Source: Hydrurus foetidus
Taxonomy: Eukaryota
DNA length: 47,032 nucleotides
Assembly (NCBI GenBank): GCA_900617105.1
Contig: UYFQ01000239.1
Span: forward strand, 1-47,032
Direction: 5' to 3'
Notes under the pieces: generated by a model
The model's database searches: none
What the model was told of the DNA's origin: nothing
The model's input: the letters and a program-made list of their open reading frames with translations, nothing else
Program-made: the position numbers and the translations under genes
Shown: piece by piece, positions 1 to 11,062 of the stretch
How the letters are laid out: every line of letters starts with the position of its first letter
Numbering within the stretch: position 1 is the first letter of the stretch

Positions 1-229
1 GGGGTTATAATCAGTGTCACCGGTAAACGTACGTACGTACGTAGGCGTTCCAGTGACCCTGGTGGGGAAGCTTGTCGCTTGCGTGACGTGGGCTCCTCTT
101 GAGGAGGTGACGCGCGTTTGCGAGGAACGTCCGCTGTGCGGATAACTGTCCCCACATTTTCGGGGATGTGCGTATCGCGACTCTCGAGTAATCTAGAGTT
201 GTCGGTAACGCGCACAGTCGCACGTGGAG

Positions 230-1573
230 TCGTACGACTCTCATTCGCCCGTTCGTCCTCGTGTTGGTTGTCGTTGTACTGACGACTGTCGGTATTACGA
301 TTGCCCCTGTTTGAGGTATCTTGTTGGCGACGATCGTCCCCTTGATGATACTCCCTTGGGGGCTGTCATCGTAACCCTGTGGAGGTTCTCTGCGACTTCT
401 CCTGTTGGAGTTGTTTCTCCCTGACGGAAATTGTCGTTGTTGTCGTCGCGAGAATTATCGAAATTGCGAGTATTCGTCGAATAATTCCCTTTGTCTGGGT
501 TGTCATTACGACGAGAATCCTAGTAATTACGACTATCCCTTTGGGGGTTATGGTTAAGACGCTGAAAGGTGTCTCGGCGATTACCCCTGTTAGGGTTGTC
601 GTCTTGTTAACGATGGTCGTTATCGCGACGCCCGTCATTCTAACGAGGGTTGTCGTCGTTGCGACGATTGTCGCTGTTGCGCCGTATTGACGTCTGTTAT
701 CGTCATTGAATTGGGTATCGTAACCGCGACGTCCATCATTGTCGTAATTTTGACTATCGTCATTCTGACGGTAATTGTCGTCATAACGACGACTATCGTT
801 CTGACGTTGATTGTTGTCATTGCGGCGATCGTCGTTATATTGACGTCCGTCGCTATCGCCACGATTGCTGTAACGGTGCTCCGTCCCCTATGAAGGGTCC
901 GTATTACGGTTGTCCCTGGGAGGGTTGGAGTCATCGTAGTTACGACGATTATCGTTGTAACGTTGATTGTCATCTTTAGAACGTTGATAATCGTTATTGT
1001 TTCGATTATCGTCGTTGTAATGACGTTGGTTATTATCGTTGCGTTGATGGTTATCGTAACGATTATCGTCACCACCGTCTTCGCTACCACTCTGTTGATT
1101 TGGAGTGGGCGGATAATCGCCTGCGTCGTCTCCTTCTAAAGGATGTCCTCGATGCGTTATGTTATCAGAACTGTCTCGGCCCTGACGACGGAGGAATCGT
1201 TGGGGGGTGAATCTATACGGCGGCGAGGGTTCGTGTCGCCGTCGTCATCACCCCGTTCAGTGTCGCTGTTAGGGCGCGTCTGTTGACGATTTATGTTGGC
1301 GTCTGACGAACGCAACTTGACATTGTTTTGTTGTCGCGTTGTGTGCACGTCAGTGTCGTCAGTACGATTAGGCGGCGCCTGATTGGAAGTGTTGGTAGGT
1401 CCCAGTATTGTTACTGGGAATACCGGTCTGTCAGTTCTATCAAACGCAGCTATTTCTGCTGGCGCTGTTGGCGTCGACTGAGTTGTCGTAACCGTCGTCG
1501 CTGCCGGTACTGACTGAGCAGTGAATTCGGCGAGCGACGGCGAGATCTCCGAAGAGTCATCGGATGAAGGCAT
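230..1573 (-). pseudogene. gag-like N-terminal region, R/D/N-rich and low complexity, frameshifted near 1190-1205
   Basis: ORF 1157..1573 (MPSSDDSSEIS...) continues after a frameshift as RRQGRDSSDNITHRGHPLEGDDAGDYPPTPNQQSGSEDGGDDNRYDNHQRNDNNQRHYNDD. It lies just downstream of the 5' LTR and leader. The lower boundary is approximate. Confidence 0.55.
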
Positions 1574-2142
1574 CGTTAAATGACTTATTTCTTGACAATT
1601 TCAAATAGCGAGGATCGCCAAAAAAATTGCAAGGGCTTCGCCTTGTGCCGTTTGGATGAAAATCAAACAGGCAGTTAGACGAAGCTCAATAAGTCAAGAA
1701 GGTTATGGACGGATGAATGAATCAATCCGTACAAAATAATCCGGGATTGGGAGACTTGCTCGACCAACCACGATAACGGCGTGGAAGACAAAGCTATCCA
1801 CGGACGTCAATCAAGCAAAGCTTGAAGCGAGATATGGGCAGAGATTAACTGGGTTAACTCTGCACAATGGTATGGGATTGCCGAGATGAAACTCGAGCAA
1901 CCACAAAGTAGTCAAGTATCGGGAGATAAATCTCAATTCGAGTGACTAGGTTCACGGCAACCAGACTTCGGAGACTTGCTCGCGATAGTAATAATTGCCC
2001 GTAAACGAGAATTTCGAATTGAATTCGAGATTCTCCACGCAGGGTAATAGGGAGAGTTATGGCAGCAGAGCAGAGTAGAGGAAGGTAGCTTAGAGTAGGG
2101 GAATAGAGGCTAAAAAATAGTAACTAGAGGAAGTAGATCTAC

Positions 2143-2349
2143 TGTGACCTCGGAGAGCAAAGGAGAAGGGAAATCTAAAGGCTAGAAGTGACTCGTTAGT
2201 TAGGGGGAAGGCAGAAGGTACGCTAGTAACTTCTGCAAAGCAGCACAAACTAGCTAGTGACTAATAGTCGTGGCTGTGAACACGAAGATACTAATGTGGA
2301 AACAGCATCTAATCGGCTGAATGGGGTAGCAGACCCTGAGGGATCCACA
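2143..2349 (-). repeat. 5' LTR of copy 1 (207 bp)
   Basis: TGT...ACA ends; 22 mismatches over 207 bp versus 42607-42813 by manual alignment (~89% identity). Confidence 0.9.
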
Positions 2350-2940
2350 ACGGTAACTTTGTCGAATCGTTCAAGGAAACAATTAAGCTTAGCGTATCTC
2401 AGAGGATCACGAAAGGGATTTCGTCTCTCAGTGATAACATCTATCTACGATGGTTAAGCTCAAATTATGAGAGTGCTAGGCCGACAATTAAATTCATTTG
2501 GAAAAAAGTGTTGAAAGTTGATAAGAAGACGAAGCGCTCTTTTAACCGCGCAAGTGTGTATAAACTTTTGTCTGGAGCAGGTGGCCTATATGTATTGTTT
2601 GGCAAAGCGAAATGGAATAATGACCTGCATCGTAGGCAGCTTAAACGATTGAAAAGTCTTTCAAACGAAGGGTCCCGATCTATTCTTTATGGCTTGACTG
2701 CTAACGGTCGAAAGACGGCCGACCGTGCTGTTGGTTTATGCATAAGTCAAACGTCTACTAATTCACTGTATGATAATTCCATGCGTAACATATCTGTGAA
2801 CTTTAATGCAGAAGCACTTGCCAGTAAGATGTCTGATGTCAGCTTTTGCTGTATCTTTGATGTCAAATATTTGCCTTGACATAGTATAGTATGCAAATAT
2901 AATTGTTTTATATTGTAAAGTTCAATAATGGGGTTAAAAT

Positions 2941-3585
2941 TTATTCGATTACAGATGGTAGTGTCATTGTTGTTAGTGCTGTGTTTAATATTTCTCGACA
3001 GATGTCACATTTTTGTAATGAATATGACGACATAACTTGTTCTATTAGTACACTCTTTATGGTTTCTGTTATATTTTCAGGAATTGGTGGAAGTTCAAAC
3101 TCCCCTATGCTACGTAACTCGGTCATAACAACTGTGTTATGTAAGGTGCACCCCGTAACCTTACATAATTGGATTATTCTTATATTCCAGTGTAATAATG
3201 CGGGAGCTTCACCATTTTCGACATTTTTGGTGTATAGATGATCCTCCAAATAAGTGTTTATTATTCGTAATTCTACAAAACCATTATTTTGATAATTTAT
3301 ATTAAGTATTCCTTGGAAAATCTCTCTTATCTTTGCTTTAGCCTGAAGGTTATTTATGTTTCCTTCACACATTTCGCTAAAAATCCCGCTGATTTCACTG
3401 TAATTGTTTGCGAACATAGTACGTACCTCAATAGAGTGATGTTTGTGTATTATATTGTACAAGACCCACCATGCTGTCATTAATGCATCTAATCCACATG
3501 TATTATTTTCCCACGGAAAATGTCTATATGGCTCGCTTTCGAATTTGCTGTGTATGTGCGGTAAATGATGATTATCACCCCCACT
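2941..3585 (-). CDS. putative papain-fold (USP/PLpro-like) cysteine protease exon or fragment
   Basis: The frame of ORF 2941..3480 stays open upstream to a TAG at 3586-3588 (possible splice acceptor) and reads ...RHFPWENNTCGLDALMTAWW. It also has two Cys pairs (CKVTGC, CDIC). No His box is seen before the stop. Confidence 0.4.
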   Translation of the reverse strand, partial: SGGDNHHLPHIHSKFESEPYRHFPWENNTCGLDALMTAWWVLYNIIHKHHSIEVRTMFANNYSEISGIFSEMCEGNINNLQAKAKIREIFQGILNINYQNNGFVELRIINTYLEDHLYTKNVENGEAPALLHWNIRIIQLCKVTGCTLHNTVVMTELRSIGEFELPPIPENITETIKSVLIEQVMSSYSLQKCDICREILNTALTTMTLPSVIE

Positions 3586-4160
3586 CTACGAAGTCTTCAG
3601 GATGATGTCTGTAAGTCACGAAGTCGGGAGGACATATCGTGGATGGCCAAACGAAGATAGAGGATTTGGTTAGTATATTCTGTTTAAGAATTAGAAACTG
3701 GCAAAACGGCCACAAAGCATAAATGCAGGTTGCACATCATTCCTACCTGCCGTACAATAATAAGATCCCAGTCGTCATGCGCATGCGATTTGACTGGCTC
3801 TCGCAGATTTATAGCTACGTTGTTGTATAGGCGAGATAGTAGCTACCCAACTGTAAACATGATGTTCGTACCAAAAGCTAGCCTTTTGGTACGAAGTACC
3901 GGATAAATACTATACAACTGTGATTATAACGGTATAACAATTGCAATATACGTGATACGAATTGGCATTGAGGAAGCGACTTGGTGCACATTGCACACCA
4001 ATAATAATCTACAAAATGTGTTTACTTATGATATCCTATCATGCTTCTTGTTGATTATACAAATAGCTATATGCAGCTATAACTAGCACTTATCGCTGTT
4101 ATATGCCGACACACCCCGTAATCATCAATTGCCTTTATATTATATTTCTTAGAAGCCATC

Positions 4161-4413
4161 ATGTCGTCTCTGATCAAACAATCATGAGCTTATTTAACTA
4201 TTTTGTGTCATCTTTGATCAGACAATCATAATACTTAATCTTATCGTTATCTTCTTATATCCATGTCATCTCTGATCAGATAATCATGATATGTATATAA
4301 CTACTTTTATTTTTGAATTTACGTCATCTCTGATTAGATAATCATGATATGTTTACTTATATTTTATTTTATTTTGGTTCGAATTTATGTCATCTCTGAT
4401 TAAACAATCATGA
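4161..4413. repeat. five interspaced ~27-bp repeats (ATGTCATCTCTGATYARAYAATCATGA) in the copia 3' UTR
   Basis: Copies start at 4161, 4205, 4263, 4321 and 4387, separated by AT-rich spacers of 17, 31, 31 and 39 nt. Confidence 0.9.
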
Positions 4414-4426
4414 TATCCAAATTTAT

Positions 4427-5181
4427 TTAGTTTGACATTTTGTCACTTTGCTTTACTTTTATTACTCTCAGGGATTTGTCAACAATCTCATTTGTCAACT
4501 TTTCAAATACTTGTTTTGTTACTCTTTTTGTTCCAATATCTGAATTATTATCAGATGATGCTATTGTGACTAGCACACAAGTTCCATCAGCATATTTTTC
4601 TTTCAGGAAGTTCTCAGTTATTTCTAAATGACGTAGTCCTCTTGTCATATGACTAATCATTAATGCATCTACGCATGCTTTATTGTCTTCTTCAATTCTC
4701 GTGGGTGCTTGTAGCCAACCCATTTGACTTAACATTCCGCGGTTTGCTATCACCTCAGCCTTAAGAGTATGATTTACCGCTTTGATTTCAGATTCTGCCG
4801 TTGGTGTTGATATGCTGCCCTGGTTTGTTGAGCACCAGCATATTAATGATGCTTCATTTGCTCTTGTAACTAAATATGCACCTTCCAAATCTCCACCCCG
4901 CATTGTGCATTTATAAGCAGCAGCAATAGCGACGATTTTGGATGGTAGCTGCAGTGCATTTTGATTGATGTTGCTGATACAGTGCCACAATACACATCAT
5001 TTGGATGGTAGTGGACGTAGGGCTTCATTAGATCACCCCGTGCTAGAAGACGCGCTTTGAGTGTGCCATCAGTTTTGATGTTGAATAGCCACATCATTGC
5101 TACGAGTTGTTGTCCATTGTATGGAACAACGGTGAAACAATCATTCTTGTCAGGGGGAGTATACGTAGGACCACCGGCCAC
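4427..5181 (-). pseudogene. copia-type reverse transcriptase N-terminus joined by an internal deletion to RNase H
   Basis: RT motif WLFNIKTDGTLKARLLARGD. RNase H motifs STPTAESEIKA, EEDNKAC, RHLEITENFLKE and NNSDIGTK. Confidence 0.9.
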
Positions 5182-5190
5182 ATTCCTGTT

Positions 5191-5304
5191 TTGTCAGCAT
5201 GGGGATGGTTTCCAATAGCTGGTACTTAGACCACTATACCATCTAGCGCTAGATGGTATAGTGGTCTAAGTACCAGCTATTGGAAACCATCCCCAGGCTG
5301 ACAA
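5191..5304. repeat. 114-bp spacerless palindrome with one mismatch
   Basis: 57-bp arms centred between 5247 and 5248 (CTAGC|GCTAG); the only mismatch is 5199/5296. Confidence 0.95.
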
Positions 5305-6058
5305 TGTCCTACAGAAATAAGAAATTCGTGGTTATTGCAACTATTATGAAGTCATACCTAAATTCTTTATTTTTATTACAGTAATCTATAGTACACAGTT
5401 GTAGACCACACCTTTCGATATTTCACAAAAGTCCGATCGTTCTTTGTCGCATGCTTGAGATCTTCATCGATTCTTGGGTCTCCGACAAACAAACTTACAG
5501 TCCGGTGTCTTCGTTTTCTTGTTACAGTTCTTGTCTCTTCAGCAAACGTTTCTCTCTATATGTTTGATAAGTGGTATTCTCATCACTAAACTGAATTTCT
5601 TTCTTTTTAATACGATAGCTAATCAGTACCTACGATAGTTTATGTTTTTGTGATCTCTGATTCCGTTGTCAAAACATTTGTTGTATCCAACATGGTTGTA
5701 TGGTAAACGAACCGTTAGATGAGAATGAATAATTAAGCAATCTACCATATACATATACCTGGGTAACACAGTGTAATAACGTTGTTGATGTCAGCGTCTC
5801 CCATTCATTCGTCTCCTCACTGTTGCCCTCCTACAATGTCATTTATCCATTAGAGTATTAGTAATATGACATTAAGTGAACCATTACAACATATTTCTAT
5901 ACCTGGAGTTATTCAAGATATGTCTGTAATAGCAGACGTACGATGCCCTTACTGCTTTTAGTAGCCAATAATGCACTTGTTGTCGTTGAAATGAAATTCA
6001 TGAGTTTTGAATTTTTCGCAACGATTCATCTCTAGACTTGTGCTGAACGTCCTGTATA

Positions 6059-6109
6059 CGTATCTAATACAGGATGCGCTCAAGCGTATCTAATACAGGA
6101 TGCGCTCAA
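6059..6109. repeat. short tandem duplication (CGTATCTAATACAGGATGCGCTCAA x2, period 26)
   Basis: Directly visible at 6059-6083 and 6085-6109. Confidence 0.9.
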
Positions 6110-6848
6110 TTAATTACGATGCCCAGCATGTAATCGATGTTCAAATTGCATAGTTTACCTGTGTTTCATCCGATAACATGTCCAATATCTTCTCAATTTT
6201 GGTGCCCTGCACACATATTTCTTAGTGTGACTGTGTTCGTAGACGTGAGTAATGTACTATAAGAATATTACTTAACATTTCTAATCTTTGTATTACTCTT
6301 ACCTTCGGAACTTCAATATTTGATGTTGTCAACTCCGATACGCAAAAGCTGGGCAGAATATCCTGGATAATGTACATGAAGACATCCTTAGTAGTTGAAA
6401 GAAGAATACAGTTTCATATTCATAATGTGTACCCCTTCGTTGTTTTGATTGTTCATGCCCTCACGTTCAACATGTTGTTGCTCACATATGTCTGAGCTGT
6501 TCTCACTGTGACGAGGTGGAACAATTGCGTCGGATGCATTATTACCGTCAATCATGTCCGCAATGGCATTTGTGTATTCCTATGATTTAAGTGTACTAAT
6601 TAGTTCTGCTTGTAGTTTTGAATTATCAATATAAATAACTAATACCTCATTGCCTTGTTCACATTCAATGTCTTCAGACAATTGTAAATTTTCAGACTGT
6701 ATTGCCTATGAATCAGTTGATTAGTAATCAGAATGTATCTGTGTAGTAAAGATTTTTAGGAATATTGCCTCTCCAAATTGTTTTGTAGTAACTTGTTTAG
6801 TCTTGACCTTTTGTCGTCCTCTATAATTTGAATTTCTCTGATTTTTAA

Positions 6849-8153
6849 TGTCTATCCTCCAGGCCGTCCACCCGGTAGGACATTTGTCCGACCGGTCGGA
6901 CAATTTTGACCCATATGAAATACTCCTCAATTCGATGAGTTTGAAGCAGTATCTCGGCGAATTCGATAGCTCCAAATGTGCCGATCAAAGGCATAACTTC
7001 ACCTCTTCAAACGGAGACTTCTTTGCTGAGATATGGACTGGGGCAGTGGATCAACTCGCTGGTTCGCCAAATTTGGCAATGGTCTAACTTCCAAGCGAAT
7101 CTTTAAGGTGTTAAAATCATTTTCGACGTCAACTGTTTGACCAGAGTGTAACTAACATTTTCCCCTCCGGTAAAGTCAATCGCCTCGAACTTTGGTTATG
7201 TGGCGACAGTGCAATAGCTGATTGCTCCTTTGGTTTGGCGATTTGTGGCTGAAATCTTCTGTCAAAATTTTCTCTGAACTTCCTTCACTTCTGTGCCTGC
7301 AGATCATATCATTTTGTGTCATAAATGATGGTCAAGTTCAAACGCCAAAAGGAGATCACGGAATCTTGGTGTAATAGCGGAGCGATTGGGATATGGTGAG
7401 GATTGCAATCCAGAATGCAAATTGATTTTCACAGGGAAATGCAGCCTGATAATTTCTGAGCAACTCCCATTCTGACTAGGAAATTTTCATGCTTCTATTG
7501 ATCAGGACTTCCTCAACAGTTTCCCATCGATGCCTGAGGAAGCGCCACTTTTGTAGTGAAGTTATAGCTGTCAGCGTTTGCCCCATCGACTGATTTCGGA
7601 CCGAATTCAGATTTCCACCTCGAACGACTATTTCAAGCGAAACTCTCCGATGCAGTCACTTGTATCGTTCCAGAGCATCAAATGTGTTATGAATCGTCGT
7701 TTTGATATTGCATATTGGTGTAAAGTCTCTGTTTTGGGTATCCCTCAATATGGTTATTGTGACGATTTTCCTGCGTACTCCACCTGTCTTCAAACAAATG
7801 ATATCATCAGCCCTTGGTGTCGCCTTCATGGTATCTTACCTACTCGACCCTTCTTCAATGGTTCTTGCAGTTGTATGTTCCTTTTTTGCTCCTAAAATTT
7901 TGATGTATCAGTGTCCTGTATGAGCACTAAAAAAACGTATTAAACACATTATTTGACTATAACTAGTTTTTTTCTATTCGACCAAAGGCTCCAATATCAT
8001 CAAGCATGTCAATTTAATGCTAGGCAACTAATTGCAATCGATTTCTAAGCTATAGGATCATGTAAGGAGTCAAAAATGTCATATGTCAGCACTGTCCGAC
8101 CGGTCGGACAGTGCCCATGTCCACCGGTCGGACAAACAGCTGGAGTGTAGACA
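6849..8153. mobile_element. non-autonomous TIR DNA transposon with TGT...ACA termini and TTAA TSD
   Basis: Imperfect TIRs (TGTCTA..CTCCAG) with the subterminal palindrome TGTCCGACCGGTCGGACA near both ends. TTAA at 6845-6848 and 8154-8157. Removing the element restores the host frame ...ATKLKNQRNSNYRGRQK. Confidence 0.85.
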
Positions 8154-8232
8154 TTAAGTTTTGTAGCTAATTTTATTACTATTATTATATTTTGCGCTAT
8201 GATGTCCTTAGGAAAAACCGTTGATATAAAGC

Positions 8233-10500
8233 TTATCCACTCATCATTCCTTGCTCAACTGGAGCAGCAGTGAAGAATAAACGCCAGGAGCCATAATTGC
8301 AGATGATTAGAGAAGGTACCATAGCCATTAATTTGCATCTTTCATACGCAATTTGTGAAGGTGAACCTTGCAATGATTTAGAATAAGGTATCACTCTTTT
8401 GATAAGCTTCTCCATCGCAGTAACACGATTGTTACTCTCAGCAGTTCTGGATGGATCGACGCTCAAGTTCTCATGCAAAACGTCATTACCAGTATGGACA
8501 TCACTAGCGGTATTGGATGCATCTAAATACGACAATAACTCGTTAATATCTTTGATATTAGGGGATGCATCTATACATTGTTCATCATTATCTTTACGTT
8601 GAGCAAGGTGAGCAACCCCGCCTATTCTTCGTCTCATTTCCATTGAATCCATACTGAAAATAAATTTAGTATTTTGCTGGAATCATCGGGGGTCCGGACC
8701 ACCACCAAGGCAAAGCATATGTTTTACATAATTTGCCATAGTAATAACATGAGAATTCTCATCACTAGGACAACCACGACCTTAGGGAAATATAGTCGGT
8801 AAGCATCAAGGTAAGCAATATTCAGGATTATTATATTGACACACAAATTGATGAATAGACGTACGATGATAGGACTTGTTACTAGGTTCGACCAACGCAT
8901 TGCGGATATCCTCGAGTAATGACACAAGAGAATTTGGGGCCTCCAAGAGCAACTTATGCTCTCGACTGCTGGAAGTGGAAAGAAAAATCAGAAACGAACA
9001 TACATAGGTCAAGATAATAAAATCAAGCAGTATTCAATTTCCGAAGGCATATACCTGGATTAGCTGAAGATGTCTCTCCAGGAATCATGGGTTCATGTAC
9101 ACTTTCATAAATTTCATATTCTTCCTCATCAGATATCTCAATAAAAGGTATATCGATAGACTCAGAATTATTAGCCCAATCCATAATTTCAGACGACCAC
9201 TTCAACTTAACATCCTGGTACAGATGGTTATTAAGTTTTAACCAGGTCAACGCACGATACACGCGATTAGGAAGATAAGCATAATCTTTGCATAATTTGG
9301 TACTAACATATCGTAGTACAGCCATACAATCCAAAGACAGCATACGAGGTAGCTCTTTAGCGACACTAGTCAAATCGTTAATAATCGTATAACACGTAGC
9401 ACCCCGCACTTTAAAGTATTTACCAACAGCTAGACTAATATAAGTAATGGCACTGTAGATATTTATCATACTCTCTTCAACAGCTCTCTTCATAAGCTCA
9501 CCAGGAATTCTCCCACAAAAGAATTCAAGAAATAAACTCATTTTGGGGCATATAGGGCCGCTACACTCAAAATCATTACTTTGCTCATCGGAAGGATACA
9601 ATTGGTCAGATTCGACACAATATTCCGTACACGACGTAACTTTCTTCTTTGCCTTATTCCTAAGCAATTTTCGGTAGCAGCCACGACATATACTATCAAT
9701 ATCACGTATTAGACCATTCTTAAAGCACGTATTGGGCTATACGTTGAGAATAGCATCGAACCGGATTTTAACAAGATCAGAACTGATGATGTCATTAAAC
9801 TTAGAAGCAATCCCAGACATTTCGAGCAGATCATCAACTTCCGTGACAAATATAGAACCAAACCGACTACCCTCATATCCGCATATGGCACATACAATGT
9901 ATTTCGTCAACAGATCAAACGAATTGGAATAAGCATTACCATCAGCGACGCTATCAGACAAAGTAAGATTCATCGGAGCAAGAGGAGAAAAGCCACGTAA
10001 ACAGGGAGATTCGCAGTAGTATTTGAAAGGCCTCGACGCCTCAAGAAGACGTCTGGTCGCATTGATAGCTCGGCGACGAAAGTCAACCTTAGGCTTAGCT
10101 ACCCGTGGTTGATATCGTGACGGCTGCTGGCAACCACGGCGAGTTTCGATAATAGACTGATAGCGAACTTTTCTTCTCTTTGCAACAAAAGCTGAGTTAG
10201 CAACTGTATCACCACCATTGGGATTGCCTACATAATCAGGAACCAAGAGACTCGCCAGATGTGAAGGCTCAAAAACCGAATCGATAACACAATCGTAATG
10301 ACTGTTGCCAGTGTATAGGAGATAAAAGTCATTGTCACGATTATGCCCAGGCAAAAAGTGGCGAATGTTGTCACCCAATTCATTCGACGACTATCATCAA
10401 TAGGTTTGAAAACATATACATCCACAGGAAACATATGAACGAAACAAGCGAGCTCAATAGCACCCCCCCCCCCAAGAAGTCAACTTAGACATTGTGGTCG
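8233..10500 (-). mobile_element. degenerate Helitron (Helentron/Helitron2-like): OTU protease remnant, DUF6570-like region and Rep N-terminus; truncated before the helicase
   Basis: OTU motifs WGG..AIELACF and LLYTGNSHYD. DUF6570-like VYRALTWLKLNNHLYQDV. Helitron Rep-like motifs CLPTIFP*GRG and LQGSPSQIAYERCKLMAM...LFFT. Multiple stops and frameshifts. Confidence 0.8.
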
Positions 10501-10595
10501 TGCTAAGTAAATTCCATTCGTGCCACGTATCTGTCAGACCACTTGATTCTATCAAGTTATGTCTGTAGTAATATAGTTGCAAATATAGTTACAAA

Positions 10596-11062
10596 TATAT
10601 ACATGTACGTTATGCGGCACGCACGTACGTCAGTACACATGAAGACATGATAGCATGCACACGTACACACGTACTTACACATGTACGTACATAGTCAATA
10701 TGTATGTATGTACGCACGCACGCATATAGCATAGCGTACACTTGTATGGTCACGTACGCGCGTACACTCGTACGTGCACATGTTAGTACAAACTATTATA
10801 TGCATACGTACACACAAGTACTTACACATGTATGTGTATATCTAATACGTACGTATGTACGATTGCCTATAGCGTAGTACATAGATGTATAGGCGTACAT
10901 ACGTAAGGACCCCTGTACTTTCGCATGTACGTTCTTAGACATACACATGCATACGTACTCCTATAATATCGCCATATAGCAGTTAGTACTCACGCATGTA
11001 CGTTCATATACATATACATGCATACGTACCCCTGTACTATCGCCATGTATCAGTTAGTACGA
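10596..11062. repeat. degenerate purine-pyrimidine-alternating (GTAC/GCAT/ACAC) minisatellite with ~70-bp units
   Basis: Recurrent CATGTACGT and GCATACGTAC. Two ~70-bp copies at about 10921-10989 and 10990-11060. Confidence 0.75.

Larger units (their letters stand above)
1..2349 (-). mobile_element. Ty3/gypsy LTR retrotransposon copy 1, 5' part (5' LTR, leader, low-complexity gag-like region); runs off the left edge of the window
   Basis: The 207-bp TGT...ACA LTR at 2143-2349 aligns without gaps to the LTR at 42607-42813, which abuts a chromodomain-integrase pol. On the minus strand it is followed by a ~570-nt leader and an ORF starting at 1573. Confidence 0.8.
3606..8230 (-). mobile_element. 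degenerate Ty1/copia LTR retrotransposon, interrupted by a TIR element at 6849-8153
   Basis: RT and RNase H remnants at 4427-5181. A purine run (minus strand ACGGGGTG) abuts a TGTCGG LTR start at 4111. Decayed integrase/gag-like sequence probably occupies 5300-6850. The left LTR edge (3606) and the right limit are tentative. Confidence 0.6.

Noticed and set aside
366..1090. Thr/Ile/Val-rich ORFs (366..638, 379..690, 635..1090, 687..893) as membrane proteins
   Set aside because: They are alternative-frame or antisense shadows of the R/D/N-rich low-complexity frame.
2508..2879. 123-aa plus-strand ORF
   Set aside because: No recognisable motif; a faint FDV-containing resemblance to ORF 35054..35500 is too weak to support.
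4161..4413. CRISPR array
   Set aside because: Eukaryotic context with no cas genes; the repeats are degenerate and the spacers are low complexity, unequal in length and partly similar to each other.
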